Origin: an uncultured Clostridia bacterium
Lineage (GTDB): Bacteria; Bacillota; Clostridia; Christensenellales; Borkfalkiaceae
NCBI GenBank assembly: GCA_964468085.1
Contig: CAYXTN010000002.1
Coordinates: forward strand, 12-64,011
Direction: 5' to 3'
DNA: 64,000 nt
The notes beneath the pieces were generated by a model. It had not been told where the DNA came from and searched no databases. It saw only the letters and a list, made by a program, of their open reading frames with translations. The position numbers and the translations under genes are program-made. Positions 37,335 to 47,079 of this stretch are shown here, piece by piece (position 1 is the stretch's first letter; each line of letters starts with the position of its first letter).

Positions 37335-38105
37335 ATGGATAACGAAAAATTTCGTCGGTTTGTTCACGGTAAGCTTTTCGAGCTTCTGGAGTTTGTCGAC
37401 GGTATTTGCAAAGAAGAGAATATTCCTTATTCGCTGACGGGCGGCTCGATGCTCGGCGCGGTAAGACACGACGGCTTTATTCCCTGGGACGACGACGTCG
37501 ATATCGTAATGAAGCGCGCCGACTTTGAAAAGTTCAAGCGCGTTGCGGGCGGGTATTTAAAGAATACGCCCTTTGCCTGGTGCCGCCACGACAGAGTGGA
37601 AGGCGTGGAGTTTAAAGAGCCGTTCGACTTCGAGGGGTTAAAGGTTTCGCACCTTTGCCTGGACGTGTTTACTTTAGACAATGTGCCCGATAGCGATAAG
37701 CAGTTTAAAAAGCAGATTTTCGGCTTGAAAAAATTGCAGGGAATGATGAAAAAGGGCAAAACCGACTGGAAGAAGTACAACTTCAAGGGCAAAATTTTAG
37801 TGTTTGGCACAAAGATTTTGGGCTTGTTTCATTCGAAAAAGAGCATACTGAAAAAGTACGAAAAGCTTTCAACCAAGTATAACGGCGTTGAGACAAAACG
37901 CAAATTCATATCCAACGACGTGTACGCGCTCTTCGATATTCCGTTCGAAAACTGTCTTCTGGACGAGATAGCCGAGCACAAATTCGAGAGCGGAGCGTTT
38001 CCTGTTTACGCGCACTATGACGAGATTTTAACGGCGCAGTACGGCGACTATATGACGCCCCCGCCCGAGAGTGAAAGGGTGTTTTTGCATACGAACGCGG
38101 AGTGA
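37335..38105 (+). CDS. LicD-family phosphotransferase (copy 1)
   Basis: GGSMLGAVRHDGFIPWDDDVDI and the C-terminal YGDYMTPPP are present. Confidence 0.85.
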   Translation: MDNEKFRRFVHGKLFELLEFVDGICKEENIPYSLTGGSMLGAVRHDGFIPWDDDVDIVMKRADFEKFKRVAGGYLKNTPFAWCRHDRVEGVEFKEPFDFEGLKVSHLCLDVFTLDNVPDSDKQFKKQIFGLKKLQGMMKKGKTDWKKYNFKGKILVFGTKILGLFHSKKSILKKYEKLSTKYNGVETKRKFISNDVYALFDIPFENCLLDEIAEHKFESGAFPVYAHYDEILTAQYGDYMTPPPESERVFLHTNAE

Positions 38106-38113
38106 CTTAACTT

Positions 38114-39202
38114 ATGAAAATATTACTTATCTGCACCACTTCGTGGTCTGTCGCAAATTTCAGAAAATCGCTGACAGAGAAACTGCAAAGCGAAAATTTC
38201 GAGGTGGGGGCGGTAGCTTTCGACGACGAATGCAGACAGGCTATAGAGGAAAGGGGAGTTAAATTTTACTGCGTAAACGATTCCAACCGCGGCACGAACC
38301 CCTTTAAAGTGCTGTCGTTAAAGAAAAAATATCTGAAAATTATCAAAAGCTTTGCACCTGACGTCGTGTTCACGTTTATGATGAAGCCGAATATTTTCGG
38401 CGTGCGCGCGGCGAAAAAAGCGGGCGTCAAAAAGATATATTCTATGGTCGAGGGCGGTGGCGACGTGTTCATAAACAACGGCTTGAAGTGGAAGCTTATC
38501 CGTTTCGCCGTATGCAAGATGTACAGAAAGTCGTTTAAAATTCCGCGCAAAGTGTTCTTTATAAACAACGACGATAAAGCTGAGTTTATCTCCCGCGGCT
38601 TGGTTAAAGAACCTCAATGCGTGGTAATACCCGGTATAGGCGTCGATTTGGAGCGCTTTTCTTACAGACCGATAAAAAATTACCGAACGTTTTTGATGAT
38701 AGCGCGAATGCTCAAAACCAAGGGAGTTATGGAGTACTGCGCGGCGGCGCGCGCCGTCAAAAGCAAGTACCCCGACGCAGTGTTCAACTATCTCGGCGGC
38801 GAGGGCAACGTTACCGTTGCGGATATTCAGGAGTATATCGACGATAAGAGTATAAATTATCTGGGCACGACCGATGACGTCCGCCCCTATATAGAGGACT
38901 GCGCGGTGTACGTTCTGCCGTCGTACAGGGAGGGTATGCCCGTCAGCGTTATGGAGGCGGAGGCGGTCGGACGAGCCGTCATTGCCACAAACGTGCAGGG
39001 TTGCAGAAGCGCGGTAAAGGACGGCTACAACGGCTACCTTGTCAAAAAGGGCAGTGCGGAGGAGCTTGCCGAAAGAATGATTTTCTTCCTTGAGAACACC
39101 GGTAAAACCGAGGAAATGTCAAAGGCGAGCAGAGCTTTGGCGGAAGAAAATTTCGATAAGGACAAAATAAACGGAAAAATTCTCGGCGTGGTGGAGTCGT
39201 AA
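38114..39202 (+). CDS. Glycosyltransferase, GT4-like (group 1)
   Basis: The length is 362 aa. The C-terminal half carries the E(x7)E-type context PSYREGMPVSVMEAEAVGRAVIAT. Confidence 0.8.
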   Translation: MKILLICTTSWSVANFRKSLTEKLQSENFEVGAVAFDDECRQAIEERGVKFYCVNDSNRGTNPFKVLSLKKKYLKIIKSFAPDVVFTFMMKPNIFGVRAAKKAGVKKIYSMVEGGGDVFINNGLKWKLIRFAVCKMYRKSFKIPRKVFFINNDDKAEFISRGLVKEPQCVVIPGIGVDLERFSYRPIKNYRTFLMIARMLKTKGVMEYCAAARAVKSKYPDAVFNYLGGEGNVTVADIQEYIDDKSINYLGTTDDVRPYIEDCAVYVLPSYREGMPVSVMEAEAVGRAVIATNVQGCRSAVKDGYNGYLVKKGSAEELAERMIFFLENTGKTEEMSKASRALAEENFDKDKINGKILGVVES

Positions 39203-40183
39203 ATGCTGTTTTCGGTAATAGTACCCATATACAAAGTTGAAAAATATTTGCGGCAGTGCGTCGACAGTCTTTTAAGTCAGACTTTTTCCGACTTCGAGCT
39301 TATATTAGTTGACGACGGCTCGCCCGATAGCTGCCCTGAAATATGCGACGAGTACGCCGAAAAGGACGAAAGGATTAAGATTATCCACAAGCAAAACGGC
39401 GGACTTGTTTCGGCAAGAAAGGCGGGCACGCAAATTGCGCAGGGCGACTATATAATCGCCGTCGACGGCGACGACTGCGTAAATGTGAAAATGCTCGAAA
39501 CGGTCAACGGAATACTGTCCGAAAAGCGTTACGATATCGTATGCTTCGGTTACGATACCTACCCCGAGGGCAATAATAATATTAAGCCTTCTTATCGCGA
39601 GGGCGCTTACGATAAAGAGCAGATAGAAAAGGAAATTTACCCCACGCTGATTACGGGCATAGACGGCAAAAGGTTTCCGCCGTCCGTCTGGGGCAAGGCG
39701 TTTAAAAGGGAACTCGTCGCGCCCGTACAGCTCGACGTTCCCGATAAAGTAAGTATAGGCGAGGACAGCTGCGTTTCGTACGTGGCGGTATATAAGGCGG
39801 ACAGCCTTTATTTCTCGCATGAGAAGCTGTATTATTACAGAGTGGACAATCAGTCTTTAACCCGCGGCAAAAAGAAATTGTTCAGTTGGGACGAGCCCTT
39901 GTGGCGGGCGGACTTCTATTTTAAATATCTGCCGAAAGAGCAGTTCGGAGAGCAGGTGGCAAGGATAACGGCACATTCATTTTTCAACGTTGCGGTGTCG
40001 GTTATAAGGGTAAAGAAATACCGCGAGGCGAAAAGAGAGATAAAGCAAAAGCTTTCCGAAGCGCGGGTAAAGGAAATTCTGAATAAAGCGCAGTTTAAAA
40101 GCAATAAAAAAGAGAAGCTTGCGCTGTATTGCTTAAAGCATAAGAGCACGTTTTTAATTAAGCTTATTTCAAAGGTGATATAA
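39203..40183 (+). CDS. Glycosyltransferase, GT2 family
   Basis: FSVIVPIYKVEKYLRQCVDSLLSQTFSDFELILVDDGSPD is present, along with a DGDD motif. Confidence 0.88.
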   Translation: MLFSVIVPIYKVEKYLRQCVDSLLSQTFSDFELILVDDGSPDSCPEICDEYAEKDERIKIIHKQNGGLVSARKAGTQIAQGDYIIAVDGDDCVNVKMLETVNGILSEKRYDIVCFGYDTYPEGNNNIKPSYREGAYDKEQIEKEIYPTLITGIDGKRFPPSVWGKAFKRELVAPVQLDVPDKVSIGEDSCVSYVAVYKADSLYFSHEKLYYYRVDNQSLTRGKKKLFSWDEPLWRADFYFKYLPKEQFGEQVARITAHSFFNVAVSVIRVKKYREAKREIKQKLSEARVKEILNKAQFKSNKKEKLALYCLKHKSTFLIKLISKVI

Positions 40184-41332
40184 ATGAAGATAGCGTTTGT
40201 GTTCGACGGACTGAGCTTCGGCGGAATAGAGCGGGTCGGTATAGACTATATAAGGCTCTGTAAGCAGATGGGGCACGAGGTCGACGTCTACAACTTAACG
40301 CCCAAAGATAACCAACTTGTAGGGCAGTTGCCCGAGGGCGTAAAATATTATAAAAAGCGGCTTTCGACCAGAGCATGCCCCGAAATTTACAGCTACGGCG
40401 TGCAGAAATGGTGGTGGGGCAAGTACGCCTATGCGATAATGTCCCCCTTCGTAACGCTCGGGCAAGCTGTAAAAAAGCTGTTTACAAGGCGGCGCAAATA
40501 CGACGTTGCCATCGCCTTTGCGGGGCATATCAACGATTTGTCGTTCGTTGCGAAAAAGTTCATTAAAGCTGACAAAAAGGTATGCTGGTGTCACGGAAAT
40601 ATTTTATCTTATTTCGCAATATGTGACGCATATCCCGTGCTGTATAAGAAGATTGATAAGTTTGTCGTGCTGTCGTCGGCGGGGCAAAAGGATATTTACG
40701 CCGGGCACAGATATATGTACGGCAAAAAGATTTATAAGATATATAACCCCACGTTTATCGGTGAAAAGCAAGTGGACGAACGGACTGTAAGCGAGCTGAA
40801 AGATAAGTACGGCGATTTCATTTTAATGATAGGTCGGTTCGATACGAGAAAGGGTCACGATATCGCAATCCGTATCGTAAAGAGATTAAAGGAAAACGGA
40901 TTGGAAAAACATATAGTTTTTCTCGGCGACGGACCGACGTTTGCAGATATGCAGGCGTTTGCCAAAGAGCAGGGTGTGGACGGGCTGTGCCGTTTCGAGG
41001 GCACAAAGTCCAACGTCTGCGACTATATAGCGGCTTCGCATATCAATCTTTTGTCAAGTCTATGGGAAGGGTTGCCTACGGTTATCGTGGAGGCAATGAC
41101 TTTGGGCAAGCCTTGCGTTATGACAAATACAGACGACGGAGAAGCTTCGGGCGGCGGCAAATACTGCAAACTGACGGAAATAGACGATATTGACGCTTTG
41201 ACTAAAGCGTTGACCGAGCTTTATACAGATAAAAACGAGTACGAAAAATACTGCAAGTTGTCGCTTGAAAGAGCGGAAGATTTTACTCCCGAAAAAATAA
41301 AAGAGCAGTTGAAAGTGTTGCTCGAGGGCTGA
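40184..41332 (+). CDS. Glycosyltransferase, GT4-like
   Basis: The N-terminus reads KIAFVFDGLSFGGIERV and the C-terminal context reads SSLWEGLPTVIVEAMTLGKP. Confidence 0.8.
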   Translation: MKIAFVFDGLSFGGIERVGIDYIRLCKQMGHEVDVYNLTPKDNQLVGQLPEGVKYYKKRLSTRACPEIYSYGVQKWWWGKYAYAIMSPFVTLGQAVKKLFTRRRKYDVAIAFAGHINDLSFVAKKFIKADKKVCWCHGNILSYFAICDAYPVLYKKIDKFVVLSSAGQKDIYAGHRYMYGKKIYKIYNPTFIGEKQVDERTVSELKDKYGDFILMIGRFDTRKGHDIAIRIVKRLKENGLEKHIVFLGDGPTFADMQAFAKEQGVDGLCRFEGTKSNVCDYIAASHINLLSSLWEGLPTVIVEAMTLGKPCVMTNTDDGEASGGGKYCKLTEIDDIDALTKALTELYTDKNEYEKYCKLSLERAEDFTPEKIKEQLKVLLEG

Positions 41333-41337
41333 ACTGT

Positions 41338-42426
41338 ATGGTAAAAATTTTACATTGCGTAAGCGTTATGAACAGGGCGGGTCAGGAAACCTTTTTAATG
41401 AACGTCTTCCGCAATATCGACAGAGAAAAATTCACGTTCAATTTCCTTTGCACGCGTAACGAAAAGGGAGATTACGACGACGAGATTTACGCGCTCGGCG
41501 GTAAAATTTTTTATCTTGAACGAAGCACCAAAATGGGCAGGATAAGCTCTTATCTAGAAAACAGAAAAAATCTTGTCAAGTGGTTTAAGGCGCACCGCGA
41601 CGAGTACGATATCGTGCACCTGCACACTTACCACAATTTAGACGTGTATAAGCATTTGTGGGCGGCAAAGCGCGCTAAGGCAAAGATTGTGATTCACAGT
41701 CATAACACCAGCGGACCGCACGCAAAACTGCACAAATTCTTAATTCCCGCCTGCAATTCGTACCGCCATACCAAGCTTGCGTGCTCGACGGAAGCGGGTA
41801 AGTGGCTCTACGGAAAAAATGGCAAGTTCACGGTAGTAAATAACGGAATAAACTTAAAAAATTTCGCGTTCGACGAAAAAGTGCGCAAGCAGTACAGAGA
41901 GGAACTTTCGCTCGACGGATATACCGTGCTCGGGCATATAGGGCGGTTTAACGAACAGAAAAATCACCGCTTTTTAATCGATATTTTTAATGAATACCAT
42001 AAGCTCAACCCCGAATCTAAGCTCGTTTTGGTAGGTCAGGGCGGGCTGGAAGAGGAAATAAGGAAAAAGACGGAAAGTCTGGGCTTGAGTGATAGCGTAC
42101 TGTTTCTCGGCGTAAGGGACGACGTGGAAAAATTAATAAGCGCCTTCGACTGCTTTGTGTTCCCGTCGCTCTACGAGGGGCTTTCGGTCGTGGCGGTAGA
42201 GGTTCAGGCGAACGGTCTTAAAGCGTTTTTAAGCGATACGGTTTCGCCCGAAACGGTATTGAATGAAAATGTTAACCTTTTGCCTATCACAGACAGTAAA
42301 GTCTGGGCGGACGAAATAGCTTGCGCCGATATGAAGAGAGCGGGCAAGTTGAACGTGGAAAAGTTCGACGTAAGCTTTACGGTAAAACAGTTAGAGGAAA
42401 TTTACGCAAAAATAGCGGCAAAGTAA
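41338..42426 (+). CDS. Glycosyltransferase, GT4-like (EpsF-like)
   Basis: MNRAGQETFLMNV and PSLYEGLSVVAVEVQANGL are present. Confidence 0.8.
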   Translation: MVKILHCVSVMNRAGQETFLMNVFRNIDREKFTFNFLCTRNEKGDYDDEIYALGGKIFYLERSTKMGRISSYLENRKNLVKWFKAHRDEYDIVHLHTYHNLDVYKHLWAAKRAKAKIVIHSHNTSGPHAKLHKFLIPACNSYRHTKLACSTEAGKWLYGKNGKFTVVNNGINLKNFAFDEKVRKQYREELSLDGYTVLGHIGRFNEQKNHRFLIDIFNEYHKLNPESKLVLVGQGGLEEEIRKKTESLGLSDSVLFLGVRDDVEKLISAFDCFVFPSLYEGLSVVAVEVQANGLKAFLSDTVSPETVLNENVNLLPITDSKVWADEIACADMKRAGKLNVEKFDVSFTVKQLEEIYAKIAAK

Positions 42427-42427
42427 A

Positions 42428-44053
42428 ATGGATAAGAAAAAAGCGTTACTGAACGTAGGGGTCTCCATAGTGTTTAAGGTGTTGGTACTGGTTGCCAACA
42501 TTTTATCGCGCAGATTTTTAATTCAGTATATTGGCGAAGAGATATTGGGTTTAAACGACCTCTACTTATCTATTATAAACGTGCTTTCCGTGGCGGAACT
42601 CGGCATAGGTACTGCAATTTCGTTCAGTATGTACCGCCCCATAGTCGAAGGGGATAACGCAAAGGTTGCCGCACTCTACAGACTGTACACAAAACTGTAT
42701 TTAATAGTTGGCGGCATAATTTTAGTGGGCGGCTGTGCGGTAATGCCCGCGCTGCCGTATCTTGCAAAGGGACACGAAACTGCGGGCGTAAATTTATATT
42801 TAACTTACGGCTTGATGCTGATATCTGTCGTAATGTCGTACGTTTACAGTGCACAGACGTCGCTTATCAACGCATATAAAAATGACTATATAACAACTAC
42901 AATAACCTCTGTTGGCTCGTTATTGCTACGCGCCATACAGATAGTCGTTACGATTTGGCTGAAATCGTTCGAGGCGTATCTTGCCTGCCGTATATTTACG
43001 ACGGGTTTACAGTGGTTGGTTACGGCGATAATAGTCAAAGTCAAGTACGGCGGAGTAATCAAGCTAAAAGCCAAGCTTGACGCCGAAAGTAAGAAGGAAG
43101 TTACAAAGAGCATAAAGGCTATGTTTATGCATAAAATCGGTGGCGTTCTGGTCAACAGTGCCGACAGCCTGATTATTTCCGCGTTTATCGGCGTTGTGAT
43201 ACTCGGTAAATATTCCAATTACACGACGATTATGACATCTATGGTCGGGTTCATAAGTATGGCTTTTACTCCGCTGACGTCGGTGATGGGGCATATGTGC
43301 GTCGAAGAGGACAGCGCCACCGCGCAGCGGTATTTCAGATTTTTCCACACCATCAACTTCATTTTAGGCACGGTTTTCTTTCTGGGATATTACGCTGTAA
43401 TAGATAATCTAATATCAATACTGTTCGGCGCAGACCTCGAATTGAGCAGAGCGGTAGTGTTTGTGGTAACGATAAACTACTTTGTCAGTTTTATGCGGCA
43501 GGCAACCCTTTTGTTTAAAGATGCGACGGGCACATTCTATTACGACCGCTGGAAGCCCCTTTGCGAGGGCGTATGCAACGTCGTGCTTTCAATAATTTTC
43601 GTGCTTGTGTTCCCCGAAGATTTCAAAGTGGTGGGCGTAATTGTCGCAACTATAATTACGAATATTTTAATTTGTCACGTTGTCGAGCCTTACGTTTTAT
43701 ACAAGCACGCATTCCACGCGTCGCCGAAAAGATATTATATACGCAACTATATTTGCATAGCGGCTTTCGCGGCGGTATTGTTTGCGACGCATTTCTGTAT
43801 GGTCGATATCGACAGTAAATGGTTGCAGTTCGTGGCCAACGGCTTTATAGCGGTGGGTATAGCATTAGTGCCCTGTTTGGTCGCAATACTGCTCAATAAA
43901 GACTTTATACATTATTTTAAACAATTCAAAGACAGAAGAAAAGCTCGGGCGAATACCGAAGCGCCCGAAGTGGGCGAAACGCTCGAAAAGAGCGAAGCGG
44001 TAACCGTAGAAGAGGTAAACGTAGTCGAAATGGACGGGGAGCAGTCGGAATGA
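42428..44053 (+). CDS. Wzx-type oligosaccharide flippase (MOP superfamily) with an acidic C-terminal tail
   Basis: The 541-aa protein has at least 12 hydrophobic segments and an N-terminus typical of polysaccharide flippases. Confidence 0.75.
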   Translation: MDKKKALLNVGVSIVFKVLVLVANILSRRFLIQYIGEEILGLNDLYLSIINVLSVAELGIGTAISFSMYRPIVEGDNAKVAALYRLYTKLYLIVGGIILVGGCAVMPALPYLAKGHETAGVNLYLTYGLMLISVVMSYVYSAQTSLINAYKNDYITTTITSVGSLLLRAIQIVVTIWLKSFEAYLACRIFTTGLQWLVTAIIVKVKYGGVIKLKAKLDAESKKEVTKSIKAMFMHKIGGVLVNSADSLIISAFIGVVILGKYSNYTTIMTSMVGFISMAFTPLTSVMGHMCVEEDSATAQRYFRFFHTINFILGTVFFLGYYAVIDNLISILFGADLELSRAVVFVVTINYFVSFMRQATLLFKDATGTFYYDRWKPLCEGVCNVVLSIIFVLVFPEDFKVVGVIVATIITNILICHVVEPYVLYKHAFHASPKRYYIRNYICIAAFAAVLFATHFCMVDIDSKWLQFVANGFIAVGIALVPCLVAILLNKDFIHYFKQFKDRRKARANTEAPEVGETLEKSEAVTVEEVNVVEMDGEQSE

Positions 44054-45120
44054 AAAAAATAGCAGTAACCGGTTATTACGGAACGGGCTCTTCCGCCGTG
44101 ATTGATTTGCTTGCGGAGGTCGAGGGCGTAAGCTGCGCCCTGGGTATCCGCTACGAGCATACCAATTTAAACTGTGCGGGCGGTTTGTTCGATTTGGAGG
44201 CGCGCCTTTTTCACGACAACGCCGACTACTACAGCCGCGATATCGCCTTGAACGATTTTTATAACGAGATGTACAAGCAGTACCGCTATAACTTCGGGTG
44301 GTACGGCTCGTACAAAAAACTGCTCGGCAAAAAGTATATGGACAGCGTGAACGCGCTTATGGATAAAATCTCGGTAAGCGGCGATAAAAATTGCCTTGCG
44401 CACACGACGAAAACGCGGTTTTCGTTAATTAAGGCTACGTTGCAGATTGCGGCAAAGATTTTCTTTAAAAGAAGGTACGGCGTTTTAGGCTGTAAATACG
44501 TTCACGACAAAGACCCGCAGCGCTTTTTGACCGCCTCTCACGAAGAGTTTATGAAAGAGGCGCGCGCGTTCGTAAATTCGTATTTCGAAATGTGCCGGAA
44601 GGGTAACGACGATATGTTGTACGACCATCTGCTTTTCCCCGAGCAGAGCAACGTCGTAGAGCGCTTTTTCGACGACGATTTCCGACTTATCGTAGTCGAC
44701 CGTGACCCGCGCGACATCTATATTTCGGACAAATATTTCTGGAGTACGCCCAAGTACGGCTGTCAGACAATACCCATGCCGCGCGATATTGACGGCTTTT
44801 GCGATTACTGGCTTGCAATGCACGAGCGGGCGGACAAGCAGCGCGGACAGAAAAATATTCTTTTCGTGCAGTTCGAAGATTTAATTTACAACTACGACGA
44901 AACGGTTAAGAAAATATTCGATTTCTGCGGGATAGAGGGCGAAAGGCATACCCGCAAAAAACAGGTGTTCGACCCCGACAAGTCGATAAACAACACTCAG
45001 GTCTTCAATATTGTCGACGGCGCGGACAAAATTTGCGCGCGCATCGAAGAAAAACTGCCCTCGCTGATTTACGAATTTCCGTACGACCGCAGGGCAAAGG
45101 CGGAAAACGTTTTCGATTAA
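44050..45120 (+). CDS. Putative sulfotransferase-family protein
   Basis: The N-terminal loop TGYYGTGSS resembles a PAPS 5'-phosphosulfate-binding loop. VVDRDPRDIYIS resembles the 3'-phosphate-binding RDPxD..S motif. No other family fits by eye. Confidence 0.5.
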   Translation: MKKIAVTGYYGTGSSAVIDLLAEVEGVSCALGIRYEHTNLNCAGGLFDLEARLFHDNADYYSRDIALNDFYNEMYKQYRYNFGWYGSYKKLLGKKYMDSVNALMDKISVSGDKNCLAHTTKTRFSLIKATLQIAAKIFFKRRYGVLGCKYVHDKDPQRFLTASHEEFMKEARAFVNSYFEMCRKGNDDMLYDHLLFPEQSNVVERFFDDDFRLIVVDRDPRDIYISDKYFWSTPKYGCQTIPMPRDIDGFCDYWLAMHERADKQRGQKNILFVQFEDLIYNYDETVKKIFDFCGIEGERHTRKKQVFDPDKSINNTQVFNIVDGADKICARIEEKLPSLIYEFPYDRRAKAENVFD

Positions 45121-45131
45121 AAGGTCACTCA

Positions 45132-45920
45132 ATGAACGAGATTCAACAAAAACTACTTGAAATAGCCGAGGAAATAAAGAGGGTATGCGAAAAACATTCC
45201 ATAAAGTATTTCCTCGATTACGGCTCGCTGCTCGGCGCCGTCCGTCATAAGGGCTTTATCCCCTGGGACGACGATATCGATTTCTGTTTGCCCCGCCCCG
45301 ATTACGAAAGGTTTACCGAAATCTGTAAGACCGAGCTTTCGGAGCGCTTCGCACTGCGCACAATAGGCGAGAGCAATTATATCTACTATTTCAATAAGGT
45401 AGACGATAAAACGACTACTTTGATAGAAGATTTCAACCGCCACAGCGATTACAGGGGCGGACTGTACGTCGATATCTTTCCGCTTGACGGCTTGCCAGAG
45501 GGGAAGGCGGCAAGGAAGAGGTTTAAGCGCAAGTGCAGGCGGCTGAGCCTCAGGGCAAATCTGGCGCTTTTAGATTTCACGGCAAAGAAATACCCGTGGT
45601 ACAAACGGCTGATAATCTCGCTGTTTAAGCACGCCGACGGCAGAAAGTATTTGTTAAAGCTTGACAAGCTTTTGAAAAAGTACGACTATGAAAGCGCGGA
45701 GTACGTTTGCTCGGACATAGTACACGGCGTCCCCGTGCCGAAAAAACTTTTCGAGCAATCGGACGAATACGTTTTCGAGGGCGTCACCTTTGCTTCGGTA
45801 AAGGATAGCGACGGATATTTGACCGCGCTGTACGGCGACTATATGACGCCGCCTCCGCCCGAAAAACAGGTGAGCAACCATTACTATACTTTGGATATGA
45901 ATAAACCTTACACCGAATAA
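45132..45920 (+). CDS. LicD-family phosphotransferase (copy 2)
   Basis: The ATG is at 45132. YGSLLGAVRHKGFIPWDDDIDF and YGDYMTPPPP are present. Confidence 0.85.
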   Translation: MNEIQQKLLEIAEEIKRVCEKHSIKYFLDYGSLLGAVRHKGFIPWDDDIDFCLPRPDYERFTEICKTELSERFALRTIGESNYIYYFNKVDDKTTTLIEDFNRHSDYRGGLYVDIFPLDGLPEGKAARKRFKRKCRRLSLRANLALLDFTAKKYPWYKRLIISLFKHADGRKYLLKLDKLLKKYDYESAEYVCSDIVHGVPVPKKLFEQSDEYVFEGVTFASVKDSDGYLTALYGDYMTPPPPEKQVSNHYYTLDMNKPYTE

Positions 45921-45937
45921 AGTCAGGAGAAAATAAT

Positions 45938-47068
45938 ATGGAAATTAAACGCAACGTTTTGTTAAATCCGGGACCGTCTACCACGACCGACACCGTAAAG
46001 CTGGCGCAGGTTGTGCCCGATATATGTCCCCGCGAAAAGGAATTTGCGGGTATGATGAAGGGCATTCGCGAAGATTTGGTTAAAGTCGTGCACGGCAAGC
46101 AGGACGAGTACACGGCGGTGCTCTTTTGCGGCAGCGGCACGATAAATATCGATATCTGCCTCAATTCACTGCTCCCCGCGGACAAGAAAATTCTCGTTGT
46201 AAATAACGGCGCGTACAGCACGCGTGCGGCGGAAGTCTGCGCGTACTATAACCTGCCGTACATCGATTTGAAGTTCCCGGTAGACGAGCTTCCCGACCTT
46301 AAAAAGGTGGAGGAAACGTTAAAGCAGAACCCCGATATCGCGCTGGTGTATACGACTCACAACGAAACGGGTACGGGCATACTCAATCCCATAAGGGAAA
46401 TAGGCGCGCTCGCGCACAAGCACGGCGCAATTTTCGTCGTGGATACGACCTCGACCTACGCAATGCGCCCGATAAACGTTTACGAGGACAATATAGATTT
46501 CTGTATGGCTTCCGCGCAGAAGGGCATTATGGCGATGACGGGTTTGTCGTTTATCGTCGGCAGGCGCGCGATTGTCGAGGCGAGCAAGGACTATCCCAAA
46601 CGCTCGTACTACTGCAATCTGTTTTTGCAATACGACTTTTTCGAGCGGACGGGCGAAATGCATTTTACTCCGCCCGTGCAGACAATTTACGCAACGGTGC
46701 AGGCGCTCAAAGAGTACTTTGCCGAGGGCGAAGAGGCGAAGTGGGCGCGGCATACGCGCGTTTTCGAGGCGATACACGAGGGGCTTGAAAAGCTCGGCTT
46801 TAAAAACGTAATAAAGCGCGAATGGCAGGCGGGACTGGTCGTTTCGGCAATATATCCCGACGATAAAAACTGGAACTTCGAAAAGGTACACGACTACTGT
46901 TACGAGCGCGGGTTTACCATTTACCCCGGTAAAATTTCGACGACCAACACGTTCAGACTGTGCGCACTCGGCGCAATCGACGTGCAGGATATCAAAGATT
47001 TCTTCGTCGTATTCGAAGAGGCGCTGAAAAAGACGGGCGTAACCGTACCCGTTGTATACAACAAGTAA
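45938..47068 (+). CDS. phnW: 2-aminoethylphosphonate--pyruvate transaminase
   Basis: It is a class-V aminotransferase. The N-terminus LLNPGPSTTTDTVKLAQVVPDICPREKEF is typical of PhnW. It is adjacent to the PEP mutase and phosphonopyruvate decarboxylase genes. Confidence 0.8.
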   Translation: MEIKRNVLLNPGPSTTTDTVKLAQVVPDICPREKEFAGMMKGIREDLVKVVHGKQDEYTAVLFCGSGTINIDICLNSLLPADKKILVVNNGAYSTRAAEVCAYYNLPYIDLKFPVDELPDLKKVEETLKQNPDIALVYTTHNETGTGILNPIREIGALAHKHGAIFVVDTTSTYAMRPINVYEDNIDFCMASAQKGIMAMTGLSFIVGRRAIVEASKDYPKRSYYCNLFLQYDFFERTGEMHFTPPVQTIYATVQALKEYFAEGEEAKWARHTRVFEAIHEGLEKLGFKNVIKREWQAGLVVSAIYPDDKNWNFEKVHDYCYERGFTIYPGKISTTNTFRLCALGAIDVQDIKDFFVVFEEALKKTGVTVPVVYNK

Positions 47069-47079
47069 AGGAGAAAATT

